This document shows positions 1 to 6,825 of a DNA stretch of 64,000 nucleotides, in pieces. The stretch's first letter is position 1. Each line of letters begins with the position of its first letter. Source of the stretch: Blastocladiella emersonii ATCC 22665 (taxonomy: Eukaryota > Fungi > Blastocladiomycota). The position numbers and the translations under genes were made by a program. The notes under the pieces are model-generated. The model was not told the DNA's origin, made no database searches, and worked only from the letters and a program-made list of their open reading frames with translations. Where the stretch lies: contig JANHCV010000017.1 of the NCBI GenBank assembly GCA_025594325.1, positions 310,001 through 374,000 on the forward strand. The letters run 5' to 3'.

Positions 1-1101
1 ACAGTATCGAACGAACAAGATATCTTACCATGGAAATATAGTTAACCAGCCACGCGGACAATTGTCATGGTACTCAATCGAGACCACATTCAAGTCTTTG
101 CTCTCCCGCATGTCAAGCTGGTTGAAGGCCCATTAATCACAGTATCGACCCAACAAGATATTTGACCATGGAAACATAGTAAACCAGCCACGCGGATAAT
201 TGTCATGGTACTCAATCAAAACCATATTCATATTTTTGCTTCCCCGTATGTCAAGCTGGTTGAAGACCCATAACTCACAGTATCGACCCAACAAGATATT
301 TGACCATGGAAACATAGTAAACCAGCCACGCGGATAATTGTCATGGTACTCAATCAAAACCATATTCATATTTTTGCTTCCCCGCATGTCAAGCTGGTTG
401 AAGACCCATAAATCACAGTATCGAACCAACAAAATATCTGACCATGGAAATATAGTTAACCAGCCACGCGGACAATTGTCATGGTACTCAATCGAAACCA
501 CATTCAAGTCTTTGCTCTCCCGCATGTCAAGCTGGTTGAAGGCCCATTAATCACAGTATCGACCCAACAAGATATTTGACCATGGAAACATAGTAAACCA
601 GCCACGCGGATAATTGTCATGGTACTCAATCAAAACCATATTCAAGTCTTTGCTTTCCCGCACGTCCAGCTGGTTGAAGGCCCATAAATCACAGTATCGA
701 CCCAACAAAGTATCTGACAACCGAAATATAGCAGACAATCCACGCAGACAATTGTCATGCCACCTAATCAAAACCATATTCAAGTCTTTGCTTTCCCACA
801 TGTCAAGCTGGTTGAAGGCCCATAAATCACAGTATCGAACCAACGAAATATCTGACCATGGAAATATAGTAAAGCAGCCACGCAGATAATTGTCATGGTA
901 CTTAATCAAAACCATATTCATATTTTTGCTTCCCCGCATGTCAAGCTGGTTGAAGGCCCATAAATCACAGTATCGAACGAACAAGATATCTTACCATGGA
1001 AATATAGTTAACCAGCCACGCAAATGATTGTCATGCCACTTAATCAAAACCATACTCAAATGGTCGATTACCCTCACGTCCAAGCGGCCAAGGACCCAAA
1101 C
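1..1101. repeat. Partial block of 138-bp repeats (8 copies visible), end of the monomer truncated by the window edge
   Basis: ACAGTATCG recurs at 1, 139, 277 and onward with a period of 138. The block ends in the diverged terminal copy ...CACGCAAATGATTGTCATGCCACTT...GGACCCAAAC. Confidence 0.97.
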
Positions 1102-1552
1102 CGCCAGATACCCAAATCTACGACCACGTTGCGCACACTCCACTAGCCAACTCTTCGATCCCCTAATTATGGAGCCCGTCGTCAAAGTCCACGGTCCAAT
1201 CAACGAGGTAAACAGCGAACTTGTCAAACTGCCAACCTGCCAACCAAACACCCACGCCGCTTCTCAAGCCACGGTGGGCCCGCGCATTTGCGTTGCCGTC
1301 CCAGCCAACGAAGGAATGACTGATGAGCCCTGGTAGCCTGCTAGACTGACAGCCTGACAGCGCCCGCTCAGTTGCTATTATCTATCTCGTAGGTAGTCTG
1401 GGAGGAGTTCGTTAGTCGATACGCGACCAGTCTCCTCCTGGCTGCCCGCTCTGCTGCCATCTCCAAGGCCCGCATGAAGATGGGCCAGGGAGGTTTACGA
1501 GCATTTCCTATCTCTCCTCTCTCCGTGTGAAACCATTCACCCGCGGACGGAT

Positions 1553-1657
1553 GCGCACCACGCACCGTGCACCGCGCACCGCGCACCGCGCACCGCGCAC
1601 CGTGCACCGCGCACCGCGCACCGCGCACAGCGCACCGCGGACAGCGCCCGATGCACC
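1553..1657. repeat. 7-bp minisatellite (GCGCACC)n, 15 degenerate units; 17 units in monomers with the +14 allele
   Basis: Units read directly: GCGCACC, ACGCACC, GTGCACC, GCGCACA, GCGGACA, ATGCACC. Present in every core. The +14 allele duplicates GCGCACCGCGGACA (first seen at 18587-18705). Confidence 0.97.
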
Positions 1658-1905
1658 ACACGCTGCGCACACGGCGCCAACGGCCACGCTGGTGTCACGC
1701 ACACACACTCGCATGAACGGCAAGCAGGCAAGGCTTCCTCAACTCAACCATGATCCATCGTCCATGTCTGCTCGCTCCAACGGGTGCGCCTGCCTACCCT
1801 CCCAGTGCCATCGATTGATTGATTCATGTCCAGTGCTGCCCATGCTTTCATGGCCGCGGGGTCCGTCAGAACGCCTTGCAATGCGTGCGCCTGCATGCAC
1901 CTGCA

Positions 1906-1955
1906 CTGCAGAGCGCTGCAGAGGGCTGCACAGCGCTGCGGAGGGCTGCAGAGGG
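1906..1955. repeat. 10-bp minisatellite (CTGCAGAGGG-like), 5 units; 7 units in monomers with the +20 allele
   Basis: Reads CTGCAGAGCG CTGCAGAGGG CTGCACAGCG CTGCGGAGGG CTGCAGAGGG. The +20 allele is first seen at 38157-38226. Confidence 0.93.
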
Positions 1956-2128
1956 CTAAGGCGGCAGGGCTTCTCCTCCTGCAGGGGACAGTACCAAGGC
2001 CAAGGAGTGCTAGTGACTACTAACGGAATGGTGATTGGCCCCCTTCACACGCTCCTGGCAGGACTGCGTGTGGGCGTGCGGGCGTTTGTGCGTGCGTGCC
2101 TTGATTCGTCCACCATCATACGCGCAAA

Positions 2129-2210
2129 GTGACCAAGTGACCAAGTGACCAAGTGACCAAGGTGACCAAGGTGACCAAGGTGACCAAGGTGACCAAGGTG
2201 ACCAAGTGAC
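2129..2210. repeat. Compound minisatellite (GTGACCAA)4(GGTGACCAA)5GTGAC
   Basis: Read directly. Variants are (8-mer)6 from 43626 onward in some monomers and (9-mer)3 at 35315-35378. Confidence 0.98.
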
Positions 2211-2230
2211 ACACAAGCACCAAGCTAGGG

Positions 2231-2290
2231 TGGCCGGGCGGCCATGGAACGTACTGCATGGGAACCATTACCGTGGACTGGCCGCGGCCA
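2231..2290. other. Pair of related GC-rich palindromes: TGGCCG-GG-CGGCCA (2231-2244) and TGGCCGCGGCCA (2279-2290)
   Basis: Both are self-complementary as read and are present in every core. Function unknown. Confidence 0.85.
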
Positions 2291-2555
2291 TTTATCGCAG
2301 CACAGCCCTGCCTGGCTCAGGACGCGGCGGGCGTGGGAGGCAGGCAGGGTAGATCGGTAGCAGCAGCAGGACCTGGCTAGCTGGCTGTCAAACAACACAA
2401 GTGAAGGGGTGCGTGAGGGAGGGTGTGTTGAATGAATGGATGGGTGGATGCAGGCAGAGAGAGACCTTCATACGTGTCGTGGGTGATGAGGATTGGTTGG
2501 CCACCATCCACCAACGCCATGGCATGGCTGCGGGTGTCGCTGCGTGCGCCTTGGC

Positions 2556-2589
2556 GGGTGGTGTTGGTGGGTGGGTGGTCTTGGTGGGT
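2556..2589 (+). repeat. 17-bp tandem duplication GGGTGGT(G/C)TTGGTGGGT x2 within a G/T-rich tract; four GGG runs
   Basis: 2556-2572 and 2573-2589 differ at one base. GGG runs start at 2556, 2569, 2573 and 2586. Confidence 0.85.
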
Positions 2590-2722
2590 GCTGTGGTGGT
2601 AGTGGAGCTAGAGTGGTGCCGTGGGGCTCTTGGGGTCCCCTTTCCTTCCTGTCTGGCCTAGGTGGGTCGGCGGACGCAGCGCGCATGCGGGCAAGGTAAC
2701 AACATTGCTCACGCAATGGATC

Positions 2723-4405
2723 ATGTATTTTATGGCAAGTAGTCTGCGAAGCAGAGACGGGGATGTCCGGCCCAATCGGACCCTCCACGGATCACAATAT
2801 GCACGCAATGAATTGACTGATGATAGGGATGTACCAAACCAGCCACGTAGACAATTGTCGTGGTTGTCGAACAAAACCATATTCAAATCTTTGGCAACGC
2901 GCCTGTCCAGCTAGCCAGGGACCCATGAATCACAGTATCGACCCAACAAGATATTAGACCATGGTAATATAGTAAACCAACCTCGTACATAATTGTCATG
3001 GTACTCAAACAAAACCATATTCAAGTCTTTGCTTTCCCGCATATCCAGCTGGCCAGGGACCCATAAATCACAGTATCGAACGAACAAGATATCTTACCAT
3101 GGAAATATAGTTAACCAGCCACGCGGACAATTGTCATGGTACTCAATCGAGACCACATTCAAGTCTTTGCTCTCCCGCATGTCAAGCTGGTTGAAGGCCC
3201 ATTAATCACAGTATCGACCCAACAAGATATTTGACCATGGAAACATAGTAAACCAGCCACGCGGATAATTGTCATGGTACTCAATCAAAACCATATTCAT
3301 ATTTTTGCTTCCCCGTATGTCAAGCTGGTTGAAGACCCATAACTCACAGTATCGACCCAACAAGATATTTGACCATGGAAACATAGTAAACCAGCCACGC
3401 GGATAATTGTCATGGTACTCAATCAAAACCATATTCATATTTTTGCTTCCCCGCATGTCAAGCTGGTTGAAGACCCATAAATCACAGTATCGAACCAACA
3501 AAATATCTGACCATGGAAATATAGTTAACCAGCCACGCGGACAATTGTCATGGTACTCAATCGAAACCACATTCAAGTCTTTGCTCTCCCGCATGTCAAG
3601 CTGGTTGAAGGCCCATTAATCACAGTATCGACCCAACAAGATATTTGACCATGGAAACATAGTAAACCAGCCACGCGGATAATTGTCATGGTACTCAATC
3701 AAAACCATATTCAAGTCTTTGCTTTCCCGCACGTCCAGCTGGTTGAAGGCCCATAAATCACAGTATCGACCCAACAAAGTATCTGACAACCGAAATATAG
3801 CAGACAATCCACGCAGACAATTGTCATGCCACCTAATCAAAACCATATTCAAGTCTTTGCTTTCCCACATGTCAAGCTGGTTGAAGGCCCATAAATCACA
3901 GTATCGAACCAACGAAATATCTGACCATGGAAATATAGTAAAGCAGCCACGCAGATAATTGTCATGGTACTTAATCAAAACCATATTCATATTTTTGCTT
4001 CCCCGCATGTCAAGCTGGTTGAAGGCCCATAAATCACAGTATCGAACGAACAAGATATCTTACCATGGAAATATAGTTAACCAGCCACGCAAATGATTGT
4101 CATGCCACTTAATCAAAACCATACTCAAATGGTCGATTACCCTCACGTCCAAGCGGCCAAGGACCCAAACCGCCAGATACCCAAATCTACGACCACGTTG
4201 CGCACACTCCACTAGCCAACTCTTCGATCCCCTAATTATGGAGCCCGTCGTCAAAGTCCACGGTCCAATCAACGAGGTAAACAGCGAACTTGTCAAACTG
4301 CCAACCTGCCAACCAAACACCCACGCCGCTTCTCAAGCCACGGTGGGCCCGCGCATTTGCGTTGCCGTCCCAGCCAACGAAGGAATGACTGATGAGCCCT
4401 GGTAG
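2723..4405 (+). pseudogene. Candidate interrupted repeat-protein reading frame (561 codons: ATG, 10 x 46-codon repeats, tail, TAG); one copy per monomer; product unknown
   Basis: One frame is kept from ATG 2723/2732 through all repeats to TAG 4403-4405 with no frameshift. It has nine internal point stops (1 TAG, 7 TAA, 1 TGA). The last 61 codons show a first-position G bias. No homology recognised and no third-position substitution bias seen in the repeats. Confidence 0.3.
2791..4170. repeat. Representative 138-bp repeat block (10 copies, R1-R10)
   Basis: (A/C)TCACA(G/A)TAT starts at 2791, 2929, 3067, 3205, 3343, 3481, 3619, 3757, 3895 and 4033, an exact 138-bp period with no indels seen. 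The first and last copies are the most diverged. Confidence 0.98.
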
Positions 4406-6825
4406 CCTGCTAGACTGACAGCCTGACAGCGCCCGCTCAGTTGCTATTATCTATCTCGTAGGTAGTCTGGGAGGAGTTCGTTAGTCGATACGCGACCAGT
4501 CTCCTCCTGGCTGCCCGCTCTGCTGCCATCTCCAAGGCCCGCATGAAGATGGGCCAGGGAGGTTTACGAGCATTTCCTATCTCTCCTCTCTCCGTGTGAA
4601 ACCATTCACCCGCGGACGGATGCGCACCACGCACCGTGCACCGCGCACCGCGCACCGCGCACCGCGCACCGTGCACCGCGCACCGCGCACCGCGCACAGC
4701 GCACCGCGGACAGCGCCCGATGCACCACACGCTGCGCACACGGCGCCAACGGCCACGCTGGTGTCACGCACACACACTCGCATGAACGGCAAGCAGGCAA
4801 GGCTTCCTCAACTCAACCATGATCCATCGTCCATGTCTGCTCGCTCCAACGGGTGCGCCTGCCTACCCTCCCAGTGCCATCGATTGATTGATTCATGTCC
4901 AGTGCTGCCCATGCTTTCATGGCCGCGGGGTCCGTCAGAACGCCTTGCAATGCGTGCGCCTGCATGCACCTGCACTGCAGAGCGCTGCAGAGGGCTGCAC
5001 AGCGCTGCGGAGGGCTGCAGAGGGCTAAGGCGGCAGGGCTTCTCCTCCTGCAGGGGACAGTACCAAGGCCAAGGAGTGCTAGTGACTACTAACGGAATGG
5101 TGATTGGCCCCCTTCACACGCTCCTGGCAGGACTGCGTGTGGGCGTGCGGGCGTTTGTGCGTGCGTGCCTTGATTCGTCCACCATCATACGCGCAAAGTG
5201 ACCAAGTGACCAAGTGACCAAGTGACCAAGGTGACCAAGGTGACCAAGGTGACCAAGGTGACCAAGGTGACCAAGTGACACACAAGCACCAAGCTAGGGT
5301 GGCCGGGCGGCCATGGAACGTACTGCATGGGAACCATTACCGTGGACTGGCCGCGGCCATTTATCGCAGCACAGCCCTGCCTGGCTCAGGACGCGGCGGG
5401 CGTGGGAGGCAGGCAGGGTAGATCGGTAGCAGCAGCAGGACCTGGCTAGCTGGCTGTCAAACAACACAAGTGAAGGGGTGCGTGAGGGAGGGTGTGTTGA
5501 ATGAATGGATGGGTGGATGCAGGCAGAGAGAGACCTTCATACGTGTCGTGGGTGATGAGGATTGGTTGGCCACCATCCACCAACGCCATGGCATGGCTGC
5601 GGGTGTCGCTGCGTGCGCCTTGGCGGGTGGTGTTGGTGGGTGGGTGGTCTTGGTGGGTGCTGTGGTGGTAGTGGAGCTAGAGTGGTGCCGTGGGGCTCTT
5701 GGGGTCCCCTTTCCTTCCTGTCTGGCCTAGGTGGGTCGGCGGACGCAGCGCGCATGCGGGCAAGGTAACAACATTGCTCACGCAATGGATCATGTATTTT
5801 ATGGCAAGTAGTCTGCGAAGCAGAGACGGGGATGTCCGGCCCAATCGGACCCTCCACGGATCACAATATGCACGCAATGAATTGACTGATGATAGGGATG
5901 TACCAAACCAGCCACGCGGACAATTGTCATGGTACTCAATCGAGACCACATTCAAGTCTTTGCTCTCCCGCATGTCAAGCTGGTTGAAGGCCCATTAATC
6001 ACAGTATCGACCCAACAAGATATTTGACCATGGAAACATAGTAAACCAGCCACGCGGATAATTGTCATGGTACTCAATCAAAACCATATTCATATTTTTG
6101 CTTCCCCGCATGTCAAGCTGGTTGAAGACCCATAAATCACAGTATCGAACCAACAAAATATCTGACCATGGAAATATAGTTAACCAGCCACGCGGACAAT
6201 TGTCATGGTACTCAATCGAAACCACATTCAAGTCTTTGCTCTCCCGCATGTCAAGCTGGTTGAAGGCCCATAAATCACAGTATCGACCCAACAAGATATT
6301 TGACCATGGAAACATAGTAAACCAGCCACGCGGACAATTGTCATGGTACTCAATCGAAACCATATTCAAGTCTTTGCTTTCCCGCACGTCCAGCTGGTTG
6401 AAGGCCCATAAATCACAGTATCGACCCAACAAAGTATCTGACAACCGAAATATAGCAGACAATCCACGCAGACAATTGTCATGCCACCTAATCAAAACCA
6501 TATTCAAGTCTTTGCTTTCCCACATGTCAAGCTGGTTGAAGGCCCATAAATCACAGTATCGAACCAACGAAATATCTGACCATGGAAATATAGTAAAGCA
6601 GCCACGCAGATAATTGTCATGGTACTTAATCAAAACCATATTCATATTTTTGCTTCCCCGCATGTCAAGCTGGTTGAAGGCCCATAAATCACAGTATCGA
6701 ACGAACAAGATATCTTACCATGGAAATATAGTTAACCAGCCACGCAAATGATTGTCATGCCACTTAATCAAAACCATACTCAAATGGTCGATTACCCTCA
6801 CGTCCAAGCGGCCAAGGACCCAAAC
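4171..6825. repeat. Monomer 2 (2655 bp): 7 x 138 bp (5860-6825)
   Basis: Short block start (R1/R3 hybrid, 276 bp shorter); A allele. Confidence 0.97.

Larger units (their letters stand above)
1102..2790. repeat. Representative GC-rich core of the monomer (1689 bp), repeated 23 times in the window
   Basis: Near-identical copies in every monomer. Contains the minisatellites listed separately. CpG is abundant. The + strand is C/A-rich near the start and G/T-rich at about 2400-2640. Confidence 0.97.
1102..4170. repeat. Monomer 1 (3069 bp): core + 10 x 138-bp block (2791-4170)
   Basis: Reference core of 1689 bp; long block start; TTCATACG allele at 2470. Confidence 0.97.

Noticed and set aside
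1154-1162. TTCGATCCC as a tRNA T-loop or Pol III B box
   Set aside because: Lacks the preceding G(G), and no cloverleaf or A box lies upstream.
1320-1327. CTGATGAG as a hammerhead ribozyme core (satellite-associated hammerheads and retrozymes are known)
   Set aside because: No stem II followed by GAAA downstream. The upstream CGAAG is only about 6 nt from CTGATGA, too close for helices III and I. The second CTGATGA at 2817-2823 also lacks the partner elements.
1278-1330. Twister-like string TTGCCGTCCCAGCC inside a weak stem (CGTTG/CAACG)
   Set aside because: Only a short resemblance. I could not build the P1/P2/P4 stems and both pseudoknots. An Infernal search would settle it.
1508-2132. 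ORFs rich in HRAPRT / RGARCAV (up to 201 aa)
   Set aside because: They are translations of the 7-bp minisatellite, use non-ATG starts, and are frameshifted by the +14 and +20 alleles in many monomers.
2129-2210. Interstitial telomeric repeat
   Set aside because: (TTGGTCAC[C])n matches no telomere motif I know and lacks a G3+ run.
2010-2216. Minus-strand ORFs with SPW, GHL or VTL repeats
   Set aside because: They are translations of the 8/9-bp minisatellite, and the frame changes with the +16 allele.
1102-2790. 5S rRNA, spliced-leader RNA, U snRNA or C/D snoRNA gene as the reason for the tandem unit
   Set aside because: No match by eye to the conserved 5S, U1, U2, U6 or known SL motifs on either strand, and no canonical Sm site. 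TGATGA/CTGA pairs at 1321-1357 lack a terminal stem and sit in the candidate coding tail. Rfam was not run, so a divergent RNA is not excluded.
2994-3065. Third + frame mini-ORF MVLNQNHIQVFAFPHVQLVEGP in each repeat
   Set aside because: Only about 22 codons, bounded by two or more stops per repeat including TGA, with no continuity into the core.
2791-4170. CRISPR or TIGR-like guide array
   Set aside because: The 138-bp units are homologous along their whole length with scattered SNPs. There are no unique spacers, and no cas or tas genes occur in the window.
5995-6708. FNIP or DUF285/BspA-like repeat suggested by AFNQ (minus frame) or NQP (plus frame)
   Set aside because: Only 3-4 residues match, and the period and the other conserved positions of those families are missing.
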